A stretch of 64,000 nucleotides of DNA, taken from positions 682,001 to 746,000 of the forward strand of contig JAUFOQ010000017.1 in assembly GCA_040285855.1 (NCBI GenBank). The letters run 5' to 3'. Positions 12,568 to 25,428 of this stretch are shown piece by piece; position 1 is the stretch's first letter; each line of letters begins with the position of its first letter. Under the pieces are notes generated by a model that was not told the origin of the DNA, made no database searches, and saw only the letters and a list, made by a program, of their open reading frames with translations. The position numbers were made by a program, and so were the translations under genes. Source of the DNA: Eukaryota sp. GEM-RC1 (lineage: Eukaryota).

Positions 12568-13104
12568 ATGCACTATCTTGTAACTGATGTTATTCGACAC
12601 TACATCCAATCTGCTGTTGCTATCACTGTGGATGACGAACGTAATCATTTGCTGTCACTCCTTGACAACTCGTCTGTTTCCATTGAAGACTTGATACACC
12701 TGAGCAAACTCTTGGCTCCAAGTTATCCTCTGGTGCTCTCCAAATGTGTAACGTCATCTGAACCTTGTTTTGACCCACCTAAACAACACCATGAACCATT
12801 CTTCACCTCCGACGACCGTATAAATCATAAACAATATCAGTTATTAGTCCGTGACGTTGACCCAACCTTTTCCAAGGAAGAACAGCCACGTGATAGCTCA
12901 GTTGCTCCCGCTCTCTTTCTGCTGAATCTAGTGGCCACACCTCTTGCTCTGTTTGTTGTTGGTTTCTTCTTGGCTGGTTTTTTGAATCCTTGTTGGAAAA
13001 GAAGAGCTTTGTGTGGTTTAGTATTGTTTGTTATTGGACTATTAGTTGATGTTCTGTTAGTTTCAGTTAGATTGTCTCAGGGTGATAAAGAAAAGCAGTC
13101 GTGA
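12568..13104 (+). CDS. V-ATPase assembly factor VMA12/TMEM199-like
   Basis: NHKQYQLLVRDV segment followed by two C-terminal TM helices; divergent, so the call is tentative. Confidence 0.55.
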   Translation: MHYLVTDVIRHYIQSAVAITVDDERNHLLSLLDNSSVSIEDLIHLSKLLAPSYPLVLSKCVTSSEPCFDPPKQHHEPFFTSDDRINHKQYQLLVRDVDPTFSKEEQPRDSSVAPALFLLNLVATPLALFVVGFFLAGFLNPCWKRRALCGLVLFVIGLLVDVLLVSVRLSQGDKEKQS

Positions 13105-13228
13105 ACATGTTATATATTGGTTGATTGAATGTGTCTGTCAAAAAGCGGTATAATCAATCATCATTGATTTACATAACTTCTTCATACGTACAATGGATTT
13201 TGTTACAAATCACAAAATGCACACTAAT

Positions 13229-13976
13229 CAGGGGTTGGAAAAAAATATTTAAATAAATATCATGGCTAACAATAAATATTTCAATAGGTTCAGTTCAAAC
13301 AATACATACAATGTATTGCAATAAAGTTGACGAATAAATAAATATTGCAATTATTGCAATATTCAATAAATCTTTCTGTGACACAACTCTTCTTTGAGTT
13401 CAATGACTAAAGACGTCACCTATGCTTTTGTACTTATCATAGTATATATTTTATGGAATCACACCATATTAAAAACTAAAACAATGGGGACGGACGTTAG
13501 CCGGAATGCTTCTTCACGAACAGAATGAAAGGGTTGGCAGTGCATTGTTTACATTACCATGCAATATTGCCAGCTGGAAATAATTCATGGACTTGACGTT
13601 GAACAATGCCACGTCCTTCAGTTTCAAAGTCATTCGAAAAGGAGCAGAAAAGTGTTCAGCACAGAACAGAAGTTCAGAAATTGTACGTGTCACGTCACTA
13701 TAAACAAAGGGAAGAACCAAAAACCTTCAGTGACTGGCACGAATTACAAGAAATGTACCTTCTGTAATTGTGGAGAACATGGTTCGCAATTTTTCAATTT
13801 GGTAGAAAGTTTCTACTAGAAACATGAAAAATATTGCAATAAATATCATGACGAACAATAAATATTTCAATCAGTCATGATGAAAAATAAATATTTCAAT
13901 ATGGGACGAAAAGAAATAAATATTTTTATGCAATATTATTTCAATATTTAAATAGAAATATTTTTTCCAACCCCTG
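13229..13976. mobile_element. Non-autonomous hAT-like element
   Basis: TIRs CAGGGGTTGGAAAAAA / TTTTTTCCAACCCCTG; perfect 8-bp TSD ACACTAAT; subterminal AATAAATATTTCAAT repeats. Confidence 0.88.
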
Positions 13977-14539
13977 ACACTAATTTAAAGTGACGAAATT
14001 GAAGTTGGTGGAATGTTTGTCACAGAATTATTCAAGACGCTATATATAATGCTGGAGCTCCATATACTCCACCATATTAATTAAGAAACATAGTCGTGAT
14101 ACTCATGTAACAATTGGTGAAAAACCATAATACTTTGGGGTCTTATGAAGCTGCAGTAGATCTTGTTCTACTGGAATTGCACTCTTAACATCACTGATTT
14201 CTAACAGTGAAGTTCAGATCTGAGTCCTAACTTAGGAGTCCTAAGTCAGTTTTGGGTCCATCATTATTCTGGACTGGCTGTTTATCATTTGCACAGTTTA
14301 TCTGAAATTTTCTTCTTTTCGAGTCTTTTGTCTGTAAATATCGAACATATTCGGAACAAAAACATTCCAGAAACACATTATACAATTTGTGTGAACCAAT
14401 CAATGTGAAACATACAAGATTCTAATTTAAAATGGTAAAAAAATTGTTTTTAAATCTGCTTACACTGTAGTAATTACCATACTTAAAACATACAAGTACA
14501 AGTACTGTATTTTTTAGATTTTCTCAGTCTCAATAAATA

Positions 14540-15512
14540 CAGTCTTCCCTCGGTTTAGTGCCACCTGGGTTTAGTGCCAAATTTTCGCTTCCAAACATTT
14601 GTTGATCGATCTTTCCTTCTCTATCGACCGTACATCGATCGATCTCCTGTCTAACTATATGTACAATAAACACGCTTACATTCTATAGTCTTTGGCTTCA
14701 CATTTGGAGCCCAACATTAACCTTTTCTTCTCTTCACACACTTTCCTTCTGAAGATGCTGTACAAAGAGTCTTCTGTGTTATCTAGACATACTCTACACC
14801 AAATCACGCCAAAACTGTCCCACTTCCTTTCTTCCTCTGTTCTCATCTTTTGTTTTGATATATATAAGGGTAGATTTGGGAGTGTATACAATTTGGACTC
14901 AACGGGAACATTTTCCACGGTGACCGGACGACGGCTTTAGTAGAGACGTTTTGCTGGAGGAAGAAGGCACCAAGAACGTTGAATGAGCCCTTATACCCGC
15001 TCAGGGGTTAGAATATCCTTCGTCTTGAAGGCAACCACATGTTCTTCCTCTTCGTTGACGGATTTCGCACGTCTATCTCCGTTTTCATTCCTTCAAATGC
15101 TTTCTACACAACGTTCTCATCTGATTTCTCCTTTCAAATTCTTTCTTTGGGATGAGTTTTTGTCTTCTCCAAGCTTTCTGTTTCTGGGCTGATACTTCTT
15201 CAGTGATCTCAGATGTACTTGTTGTCTGATAAACTTCATTCCTAGCTCTTAGTTGTTCGCTAAAACATCATGAATGATGTCAAATTTCTCAATGTGTCAC
15301 TGCCTTTTTCTTGAAACCCTTTCTCTCCCATATGATGGCCAATGGTACCCCACTAGTGTCATCAGTAGATGCACGTCAGTCATAGCTTTTATTTCACATA
15401 ACAATAAACATCCATCATCGTCTGTTCACACTGCACGGAACAATCCCTCGATATAGTGCCGACCTCGGTTTAGTGCCGGTCCAAACAGCGGCACTAAACC
15501 GAGGGAAGACTG
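14540..15512. mobile_element. Non-autonomous Tigger/pogo-like element
   Basis: Perfect 23-bp TIR CAGTCTTCCCTCGGTTTAGTGCC, TA flanks, internal repeats of the TIR core. Confidence 0.88.
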
Positions 15513-16551
15513 TACTATATTTTCTGTATTTATTGCTACTGAATTAATGCTATATTTTATGTATTTTTATGAATAATTGGTACCAGATCAATCTTTGGAT
15601 AAAGATGTACTGTTCAATTATCTCAATTTCTACGTGTTGTCCCTATTTTTGAAACATACTAGACACCAATTGGTCTTATCTTAACCATGAAGAGTCAAAA
15701 GGCCGAAATCTCTTTCACGCTCAACAGTGGATAAGTCTGTGGGCCTACAATTTAATTTACAACAACTTTAGAAAACAGGAAACACTGTTGATTCCGTGAA
15801 ACTCACCAATTAACTATCAATGAAGGTATGAATATGCACATATGTGATGATCAAAGATCTCGTGTTGATGTACTTCATCTGGAGAACGAAGATGTTTTTG
15901 ATGATGACAATGATGATACCATATACAACCATGTTTCATTGGAAAATGAATTGGAATTGCCAGTGCAAATACTAGTAGTTGTTTTTGAAGAATATAGTGT
16001 TGTCACAAACTCGTCTGATGATGAAGAATAACCCTATTCTCTTGATATTTTTTGGGAATGACAACCTGTGGAATGGTTGAAAAAATGTGTTGGAAATGCC
16101 TTCTGTTCTGTTGAAAAAAACGACCTGGTATTTGTTCGGGTGTTTTTAATGTTTTGTTGTGTTTAATTCCATATAATTTTAGTCATTGTCACTTTTAATA
16201 AAAAAAAATTCTCATTATGATTTTTGTGAAAGTTTTCTTAGGTAGAGTGATTTTGTATTTTTCTGTATTAAGTATATTTTCTGTATTTTTTTTTCAGGGA
16301 GTGGTTACATTTTCCAAGTATGGTAATTAGTAATTACTACTGTTAACACGTGATTGTTAATACATGTTAGTGTTCACTGTGGTAGTACACGTATAGAACA
16401 TAGTGTCTAATAAGTTCTACATAAATGACCCTTGATGTTACAATGTGTGAGTATATTGTGTCAACAACCTGACTTCAAAAGGTTCAAAGTTTAACGACAT
16501 ATAAACGGCTCAAAAACGTAACATTAATTCTATTCCAATGACCATTACTAA

Positions 16552-16940
16552 TAGGGCTGTTAAAAAGTTAGGATACGGTCGTTGGAACTCGGCTCGGGCC
16601 CTGTCTCAAGTTCGGTCAATATATCTGACTTCATGTCTTCTATGTTCACTGATTACGTTCTCTAATTCAAAATCTTATATAAACTAGTACAAAACCATAC
16701 AACAACAAACTATATTCGGGAGCCAATAAGGTAACCTTCCTACAAAACTATTAATGTGAAATCAGTTGTGAGTTTAGGATAACTATCGCAATAATCAAAA
16801 TTGAACAACTCTGGTTTCACAACCTTTTCACCTGTTTGTCTTAATACATGGTAAGGTCAAGACCATCAAGTCAAAGATCAGGTCGAGAAAGGGTCAAGAC
16901 TTTGAATTGACCTACGACCTCATATCTTTTGACAGCCTTA
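16552..16940. mobile_element. hAT-like MITE
   Basis: Imperfect TIRs TAGGGCTGTTAAAAAG / CTTTTGACAGCCTTA; near-TSD ATTACTAA / ATTCCTAA. Confidence 0.6.
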
Positions 16941-17210
16941 ATTCCTAAGCTCATTCAAAATTTGTTTTTTTTTTGAAACTCTTCAAAAACTACAACAAAG
17001 TGTGATTCACAATTATACAAATGGGTCTACACTTTTAAACTTCGACTATCAATCACACCAACAACAATTGTTCCAAATGAGTCTCCCATTTTCCAAAGGT
17101 CAAATTTAGAACTGCTGACTGAAAAGTAATCTTGCCAGGAAATTGGATCTGACTCAAAGTATATAAACCGATGAACAACTACATGTATTTACAATATTCA
17201 CAGTAAAAAT

Positions 17211-19094
17211 CTACACAACAGAAATTCCACAAATCAAGTCACTCTCAACACTCCTAAAAACTCCATCAATTACTACCAGACCCTCACTAAACCCATCACT
17301 GTTCTTCAAATCTTGTAGAATAGAAAAGCTAAAATAAGGATGACTCACAACATCTGAATCAGTTCTTCCATGAGCCAATGTTAAACACTTATACCCACTA
17401 ATCTCCATCTCATGTTGAGAATCAAGAACAAAGTTGTACACCGCATCCACGTGATAGAGATCACTCTTTCCTAAATTGATAGGGAAATCCCAGGTACCAT
17501 TATCAAAAACAGGATGATAGGGAGTCAAAAGAAGATCATTTTTCAATAAAACCATGGGAGTAGCATTGGAGCAAACAGTTTTGACAACACATACAACTCG
17601 AGCTCCATTAGCCAACACATCTCCTGCAACAACTTCATCAACTCTTTTAGAACCACCTTCCACAGCAACACTACAGTGACCAGCAATGCAACCTGCTTGT
17701 GCAGAATGATAACTAAGCATGGAAACAGGGGTTGAAGGTGCACAAGCACGCATCATTCTTTTTGACCTGATTGTCGAGGAGCACGTGCATTTTGGAAGGG
17801 TTGAACCATACGGTATTCTTCAGGAATTGAAGGAGTAGGAGGATCCAGATTAACATACAAATCATCAGCCATTTCTTGAATTTCAGAAAACAATGGAGTC
17901 GCATAGCTTTGAACTCCAGGGTCTTTAAAATTATTACAATTTTGATACTCGTGAGCCATTGCTAGAGACGGTAGGTAATATCCGCCCCATTTGTCATAAT
18001 GATGAGGTTGAACAGATAACATGACTTGACCTTCAAGATCTTGAATAAAACCAGCTAATAGAGGATGATCGTGCTCAGGAGAATTCTTGAGTTGATCAAT
18101 CATTGACTGTACGTTTTGAGCTGTTCTATTACCACTGTGTTTCAAGGATTTTAAAAATTTAACGTATTCAATGCGGTGTTTTTGCAGTGTTATTGCATCA
18201 GTCAATTCGTGTGATTGAATTGACTTTAGAACCGCTCCACTCCTAGTTTGAACTATATCTATTGATTCTACAACAGTTGAATCGTCCATTGTCTTAAACA
18301 AATAGTCTTTAGTTCCACCAGTTTGGAAGCAAGGGCACAGAGCGTTTGTACATGAAAGATGACGTTCCATTCTTAGTGTGAATGTCGAGGGTCAGATTCC
18401 AGAATTGACCGGCAAGTTGATTGGCTAGGTAATTGATGAATACAGTTCCAATCATTGATGCATCTGGGATAAATCCATAAATACCATTATGACATTCGGA
18501 AATTTCAATGAGATCCTGAATCTCGAGTTGGTAACCGAATCCAAAGCAAGAAATGGAGCAGACGTTGGGATTCTTGGCTACCATTTTAGCAACAGTGTTG
18601 ACAAGACCAGAAGAGGGTTTGTTGGTAGCAACGCCGTCGGTGAGGAGGAGGAGACAGATTTGATGCGTAGGAAGTTCTTCAGCAGCTTGGTTTGCTATAT
18701 CGTATCCGATGCGGAGTCCTTGCCAGATGTTAGTACCGCCTGAGGGCTTGAGATCAGTATTAAGCTTGGTAACTATGGTTGGCTTTGCTCCAGCAGTGAT
18801 TTGGGTGAGAGGAAGGATTACATTAGCAGAGTTGTTGAAGTCAACAACAGCAAGACGATCATTTTCATTCAGAACTTCGACAGTGGTGCGGAGAGCATGT
18901 TTTACCAGATCCAGGCGTGTGAGACCATCAACTTCCCCCGTTTCGGGATCGGGAATGCTTGCCATCGAGCCCATAGAACCCGAGCTGTCCACAACAACAA
19001 CAAAAGCAGTTGGACTCCGTGATAACCCCTCTGGGAGAGAGATGGAGACACATCCTTCAATACCTTGTCTGCTAAGTGAGATAGAGCAATCCAT
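17211..19094 (-). CDS. vWA-Hint (Vint) protein, copy 1 (two single-base frameshifts)
   Basis: Nearly identical to the intact copy at 28667-30553; extra base at 18325-18326 and a missing base in the T5 run at 17759-17763; no in-frame stops otherwise. Confidence 0.85.
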
Positions 19095-19679
19095 TGGTGG
19101 AAATAAAATGGACCTAAATTTTAAATAACATTCAAACCCCAAACCTGGTTTAGGTTTGGTTTGGGTTTACAAAAATTCGTTTAGATTCAGCTAGATTCAT
19201 GGATCTTGGTTTCGAACCTGCAGAGACCGATTTGAAACTCAAATTTGATTAAATTGTGATGATTACTGTCTATCTCGCTCAGGCAGGATGTGGCTGTTGA
19301 GTGACCAAACAAGAACAATTCTTGATACCATTTAAGAAAGCAGTAATAACGGGATTATTAATGTTAGTAACATTAAAACGATTTTGGAGATCCAAATGTT
19401 CAATGGCTACAAATGCGTATTGTGAAGTTCAAGCGCCCACAACGTTACAAATTAAAAAAATCTTATAAGGAATATAGGTAAATGAGAGAGAAAACAGCTA
19501 CATGTGCATGCATTCCAAATATCCAAATCTAAATTGTTAGTACTCGAAACTCAAGAGATTGTCCAAATATATGCTATATTAATTTTAAGTAACAACAAAG
19601 CACTCAGAACATCTAGCAATTTGAGTCTAACATATTTTCGGTCTAATAATAGGTGTGACTAGTAGTATCTTGTGATTGT

Positions 19680-20253
19680 TTTCTTGCAGTAAATCTTCAT
19701 TTCTCATCATTTTCCCTCCAATTCAACCATAATATATGATCAAAACGTTTGTTCATCCTATTTTTTACGATTTTTCCGAGATCGTTTATAAAATTCAATG
19801 CACTTTTTCCTAAACGTCCGTAATTAAATTGAAACAGCAAAAGGGCATAATTCATATTCAACATGTTTTACATGTTTTAAAGCCATCAATGGTTTCTTGT
19901 ACTTATCCTGTTTGGCTTGTCCAGAAATGTCTAAAGGGGAAGTTTCAGGGTAAGCATTCTTTAAAGATGTCTTTTTACAAACATCCACCGACACTACATC
20001 AACAACAAACAATTTGTCTGAAGAAGAAGGGACAACAACATCTGCTCTCCGGTTACCAAAAAATTGATTCTGTTTTTTCAACATTACAATTATTATTTGG
20101 TTCTAAAGATCTTAGAAGTGGTTCAACAAATGACTCAATTTTGTAAGACTTACACATAGCATGTATTTGATCTCTTCCAGCATCATGCATACACGTTCTA
20201 TAAGTTATGTAGCGATTACAACTTAAGAAATGAGAAAAACAACGATTATACAA
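19680..20253 (-). mobile_element. 3' fragment of REL-endonuclease non-LTR retrotransposon
   Basis: HFLSC..HDAGRDQIHAMCKSYKIESFVEP, RRADVVVP, VVDV, KQDKY, CPFAVS; frameshifted. Confidence 0.75.
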
Positions 20254-20447
20254 ATTTGCAGATACTAGTATACTCTTATCTAAAAAAAAGTATACAATAT
20301 TTAAAGAATTATGTTTTTTCTCAGGAAAATTTCTCTAATAACAGCACCGGTAATAGCCCTATGAGTGGAGAAAGCAGAATGGGTAAATGAAAAGAAAGAG
20401 AAACGGATAAAGGCCCGGTTGTCGAGGTTTGGCCTCAAACATTGTCA

Positions 20448-20519
20448 GGAGTCGTAGCTCAGTGGTAGAGCAGCTGATTGCAGATCAGCCGGTCCTGTGT
20501 TCGAATCACGGCGACTCCT
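20448..20519 (+). tRNA. tRNA-Cys(GCA)
   Basis: Acceptor GGAGTCG/CGACTCC, D arm GCTC..GAGC, anticodon arm GCTGA-TTGCAGA-TCAGC, TTCGAAT T-loop, U discriminator, downstream T-run terminator. Confidence 0.96.
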
Positions 20520-20821
20520 TTTTATTTGACATTTGTTAATAATGTTGGTCTGACAATGCCTGTTTTTCACTACTGTTTAATATGTACAAATATACATCCC
20601 AGGTCGGTCTCAAGGTGGTTAACTATTGATATAACCATTTACATAACCATGTGGCTGAACGGCTTCTTTGATCTTTGAACTTTCAAGAGAATTGAGGTCA
20701 ATCATCCCCTGGGGATGTCAAAGCTTCGCAGATGCTGCATTCTTAACCACTTTCCATGTCAAATATAGTTGAGTATTTTGAAAGGTATGGCGTTGAGGGG
20801 GACATTTTCTAACGGTAAATC

Positions 20822-20965
20822 TTACCGGTTTGGTGACTCAGTTGACTCTGAGAGAAGTTTTGCGTTAGCTTGCCTAAACGGTTTACACCCAGTTGACTCT
20901 GAGAGAAGCTGACGGTTCAAGCTTGCCTTTACCGGTTTGATATCCCAGTTATACTCTGGGAGCTT
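20822..20965. repeat. Three diverged ~50-57 bp tandem repeats
   Basis: Recurring CGGTTT..CAGTTGACTCTGAGAGAAG..AGCTTGCCT. Confidence 0.65.
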
Positions 20966-21484
20966 ATAGTCATGACACATAAAAAAGCAACCCAACAAAT
21001 TGATTTTCGCACATCTACAGTAGATTTTCCGACTTCCCACTTCTTCATCGTTACAATTTTTACTTCATAGATTGTCTATTTTGAGCTCCTGTTTGTCTAT
21101 TCTTCGTATAGAGTATCCTGGAATTCTGCTTCTTCATTCAAATCCAATGTTTTTCCGATATCATTTCTTCGAATTATGTGTAAACTCTTTCAATGAAGGC
21201 ATTTGCAACTTTGTAGTTTAAAAAGCATAGTATTCTTTCCATTATATAAAGCAGAGCGACCATTCACTTTCAGTTCAAAACATCCAACTGTATTTGACGA
21301 AGTACAAGCTTCCACTTTCCTACAGAAATCATTCAAATGATATGAAGTCGGTGTTCGATGAAGTTGCCTACTGGGCCTCACAACTCTGTCTTGATTCTAC
21401 TAGTTAAGACGGCATATAGTTCTTGGGAAATCGTCAATTTACATCACATAAGTAAATAACAATTCATTTAACATCAATACTCTT

Positions 21485-22927
21485 TTGCTAATGACTACAA
21501 CTAATACAACTCTTCAACAAGGTCATTCTTATACAAACATCCAACACTTTTTCTTTACTTTTCAACCTCTTGTGAAAGGATTTGAGTTTTTAAGGCCTGT
21601 TATCGTGATAGATGGAACTCATCTGAGGTCCAAATACAAGGGAACATTGTTGGCTGCTGCTGGCATTGATGCCAACGGACATTTCTTTCCTATAGCTTTT
21701 GAAATTACTCGAACGGAAAATGTAATAAATTGGAGAAGCTTTTTGGAGAATTTGAATGACAATTTTGCAATCAACGACAAAACAGTATTTATTAGTGACA
21801 GAAATCCAGCCATATCTCGTACGCTGGTCGAAGTTTTTGGTGAAGAAACCTACCACTCTGTGTGCTGTAAACATCTCAGTGACAATCTCTCGTCCAGAGG
21901 TGGAAAGAAAGCAATGAAATTGTTTTGGAAATGTGCAAGAGCGAGTACGTTAAACGAATTTGACCGCTATTGGCAGCTCCTTCAAATCCAGTGCCCAGTG
22001 GGTTATACTTATTTGGAAGAGTCAGCTCCGAAAGAATCTTGGTCGACAGTACACTTTGAAGGGAATAGATATGGACAACTCACCTCCAATATCATTGAAT
22101 CCTTAAATGCATGGCTTCTTCCAGTTCGCTCTTTGCCAGTGACTTCAATGGTTAACGGTATCTTTGAAGCAATGACTCATTTGTTCAGAAGAAGAAAAGA
22201 TGAATCAATGAAGATGCATGGAGAATTCGTTGATGATGTTGAAGAGTATTTGTTGCCGTCGATATTGAGAGCTCGCAGTTTAGAAGTAACCACGTTCTCC
22301 GACAATTTGTATTCCGTGAGAGAAAACGAATTTGTGTTTTCTGTGGATCTGAAGTACAAAACGTGCAGTTGCGGATTCTGGAAACAACATGATGTGCCAT
22401 GTATTCACGTAATGTCAGTTTCGAGACGTGTTAGAATTCACCCCAGATCTTTAGTGTCTCCCTATTATTTAGTTACTAATTTTAAGAAGACGTATGATGG
22501 CGAATTTTATCCAATCGACTATAGAAGGAATATCGAAGAACTAGAAAGTGATGTGTTTCCTCCTTTAGATACAGTAATGCCAGGTCGTCCGCCAATTTCA
22601 CGTAAGGACAAGTACTCACGTACTAAACGCTTTAATCAAAAGAGATTCGATGAGAAGGATGCGAGTAGCGACAGTGAAGAAGTAGAACCTGACGCAGCAG
22701 CAACGGAAGAGAATCAGGAAGCAATGCCTCTCTCCCCACGTAGATGTGGTCATTGTAGAATTATTGGGCACGACAGAAGAAACTGCCCAGAGTGGATTGT
22801 GTTGCAGCAAGGTGCCAGCAGTATGATACCAACAGTAGTAGATGGTTCAGCACCAAGACCACGACAACGTAAGTGTAGAAATTGTGACCAAGTTGGTCAT
22901 GACAGGAGAAACTGTCCAACGAAATAG
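21485..22927 (+). mobile_element. MULE/MuDR transposase (5'-truncated) with SWIM and two CCHC knuckles
   Basis: RPVIVIDGTHL..LLAAAGIDANG, FISDR, CCKH, TSNIIESLN, CSCGFW..VPCIH, CGHCRIIGHDRRNC, CRNCDQVGHDRRNC. Confidence 0.92.
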
Positions 22928-23067
22928 GTTTTATGAGTTGAAACAATGATTGCAAAATAAAGTAATATTAGATGAAAAATGCAATTAATGTATATTAGTG
23001 ATGAAATCTGCATAAATCCCATAGTTTCTTTTGTTTATATTTTTGTTCCAATCTTTCAAACACATTC

Positions 23068-25428
23068 ATGATATCAATACCAATTCCTTCCATAATTCTT
23101 GCTAGAATCTTCCATTGTTTAACTGATGGTTCTCCCCTTGTATCATCTGACGATCCCTTGATTTTCCTGACTGAACTTTTTTCTGCTGTTGACTTTCTTG
23201 AGATATCTCATTTACCTAATCTTATTCTGTCCAAAATATCTGAATTCTTCCTTGATGGCACTTTAGTGGAACCCGATCTTCATCAATTCTTCACGTGTTT
23301 TCCTTCTTCACAGGTACCTCTTCTTCTCACATTCCTTCCCAACTATACAATATTCTTCCGATCGTTAGCTTTACCCAAACTTCTACTTGATCTTAATCCT
23401 CAAACTCAGTCTATTCTCCTCTCAAAGCACTCTCTTGTTTTCCCTTTTGAGCCCCTGTCAACTGAGCAAGTGCTTCCGGGAGTGCACCTCCTGCCACATC
23501 GGACTTCATATCCACCTCTTTCCCTGTATTCAGTCTCTCCGTGGAATCTTTACAATCAAATTTGGAATGATGACGTTTTGAAAGTGATTAGCACTTTGAA
23601 AGTAGGATATTTATTGGACTATTATTCAAAATTGATGAATTTATTTAAGAGAAAAGAAATAGTATCACAAATTGATGAAATTCACGATTTCTTCACGGAT
23701 TCTAATTTTGTTGAAATCTCTAATGTTGTTTGTCTACGATTTAGAAGTCAATCTGATTTACTTTTGTTTTCCCAATGTGTTTCAACAAGTTTACAATTTC
23801 TAAATTTTCTATCGATTGCTGGACTGCAAGTTGATGGTAGTCGTCGTTCGTTTTCAGTAGAGCTCAAAGTTGCAATTGGAAAGGTATTATCCTCTCCAAA
23901 TTTAAAAGTTTTAAATATGTCTTACAATCCGCTACGTAACGAAGGTTTGAAGTTCTGTTTGGAAACAATTGTGTCAAATGCTAGTGATAGTATTTCAAAT
24001 ATTCAATATTTAAATTTATGTCGCTCTTCCGTTGGTGTTGCGGCTGTTGAAACATTTGTCTCTTATTTTGATCACTTTCCTAATTTGGAGCATGTTGATT
24101 TGTCGAATAATGACCTCAAGTTACGTGGATTCCTGTTGATTTTGACAACATCGTCATCCATTAAAAAACTTAATTTAAGCAGTTGTTCAATCATTCTTAC
24201 TAAAGTTTCTGAGATTTCATCATATATTACTGGAATTGACGATCTCAAATCGAATTTGATTGATCTAGATCTTGCTGAGAATTCACTTTCCTTGCAAGTC
24301 TTGGTTGAATTTTTGAAATATTTCCCTAAAATTGAACGACTTGCCGTTGGATACCAATCATTATATCGTCAACAAATTCCAATGTCACATACTTTTCTAT
24401 CCTTTTTGACCGTCAATCATTCACGATTGACTTCGATTGATCTATCATACACTCAATTTACAGCTGATTCAATGACTTCCTTTAAAGATTACATCCAAAA
24501 CCAATGCCCACACTTTCTTTCCTTGAAAGCCTGTTATTTCGATGATCCTCAAGTGGTCATCAGTTCAATCATAACCGCAATCAATACGTGTCAGTTGCCT
24601 GTTTTATTAGACTTCTCATCATCCAATGTTTCATCTGCTTTAGATCATATCTCACTACCACAGATTTTCCACTCAAAGTTGGCTGCTATATCACTCAATT
24701 ATCTTGATTTCACATCACGTCATTTGAGAATCATTTCTGATTGTATTCCCAAGAGCTTAACCTCTTTGTCTATAAATAGTAACAAAATAGGCGGGAATCC
24801 GAACGTGTGGTATGAGTTTGGACATGCAATTGAACAATCTAATTTAGTTAAGGTTAGTTTTAATGGAAATCGTCCTCATTTAGAGACTTTGTTTTTTACA
24901 AGCTTGTCTTATTGTAAAACTTTACGAGAGTTAGATTTCTCCAACTCTATTACTACGAGTTCTGTCGTCAAGTGTCTCTGTGATAAATTTCCACCAAATT
25001 TAAAATATTTAAATATTTCTGATATTTCAATTAGCAGCTATCTCCCTCTACTTTTCCTTACATTGAATAACCATTCATCTATTGAAAAAGTCTTCCTAGA
25101 CAAGTGCTCAATCAATTTTGATTTGTTTTGCTCCTCGCTATGTCATTTATCATCTTGTTCTAATCTTAAGCTGATTTCTATGGCAGGGTGTCTTTCGTCT
25201 AATATAGTAAAAAGTCCTACCAAGTCTTCAAGACTTCACGAGACTATTTCTGAGTTCAAGAGAATGTCGTTGGTTGAGAACTCGTCTTTGCAAATGATTA
25301 ACTTGACTCTTATCACTGATGATGTTTCGATTGATCTCTTTTCTCTTGAGACTTCTGTTGACTTTCCGTTAGTTAAACTGTTAAGACCCAATGTCATGTC
25401 ATACGATCAAATTAAGTGGGCTAAATAA
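23068..25428 (+). CDS. RNI-like leucine-rich-repeat protein, possibly with a partial BTB-like N-terminus
   Basis: 786-aa ORF with LKVLNMSYNPL, LEHVDLSNNDL, LIDLDLAENSL, LTSLSINSNKI; N-terminus ELFSAVDFLEI resembles the end of a BTB fold. Confidence 0.75.
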   Translation: MISIPIPSIILARIFHCLTDGSPLVSSDDPLIFLTELFSAVDFLEISHLPNLILSKISEFFLDGTLVEPDLHQFFTCFPSSQVPLLLTFLPNYTIFFRSLALPKLLLDLNPQTQSILLSKHSLVFPFEPLSTEQVLPGVHLLPHRTSYPPLSLYSVSPWNLYNQIWNDDVLKVISTLKVGYLLDYYSKLMNLFKRKEIVSQIDEIHDFFTDSNFVEISNVVCLRFRSQSDLLLFSQCVSTSLQFLNFLSIAGLQVDGSRRSFSVELKVAIGKVLSSPNLKVLNMSYNPLRNEGLKFCLETIVSNASDSISNIQYLNLCRSSVGVAAVETFVSYFDHFPNLEHVDLSNNDLKLRGFLLILTTSSSIKKLNLSSCSIILTKVSEISSYITGIDDLKSNLIDLDLAENSLSLQVLVEFLKYFPKIERLAVGYQSLYRQQIPMSHTFLSFLTVNHSRLTSIDLSYTQFTADSMTSFKDYIQNQCPHFLSLKACYFDDPQVVISSIITAINTCQLPVLLDFSSSNVSSALDHISLPQIFHSKLAAISLNYLDFTSRHLRIISDCIPKSLTSLSINSNKIGGNPNVWYEFGHAIEQSNLVKVSFNGNRPHLETLFFTSLSYCKTLRELDFSNSITTSSVVKCLCDKFPPNLKYLNISDISISSYLPLLFLTLNNHSSIEKVFLDKCSINFDLFCSSLCHLSSCSNLKLISMAGCLSSNIVKSPTKSSRLHETISEFKRMSLVENSSLQMINLTLITDDVSIDLFSLETSVDFPLVKLLRPNVMSYDQIKWAK

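Noticed and set aside
14466..16342. Outer TIR element around the Tigger-like insert
   Set aside because: Only a partial inverted match (GTAGTAATTACCATACTT) with no clear TSD.
20448..20519. tRNA-Sec or suppressor tRNA
   Set aside because: 72 nt, GCA anticodon and short variable arm indicate an ordinary tRNA-Cys.
20822..20965. CRISPR-like spaced repeats
   Set aside because: Only three diverged units, the spacers are related to each other, there are no cas genes, and the context is eukaryotic.
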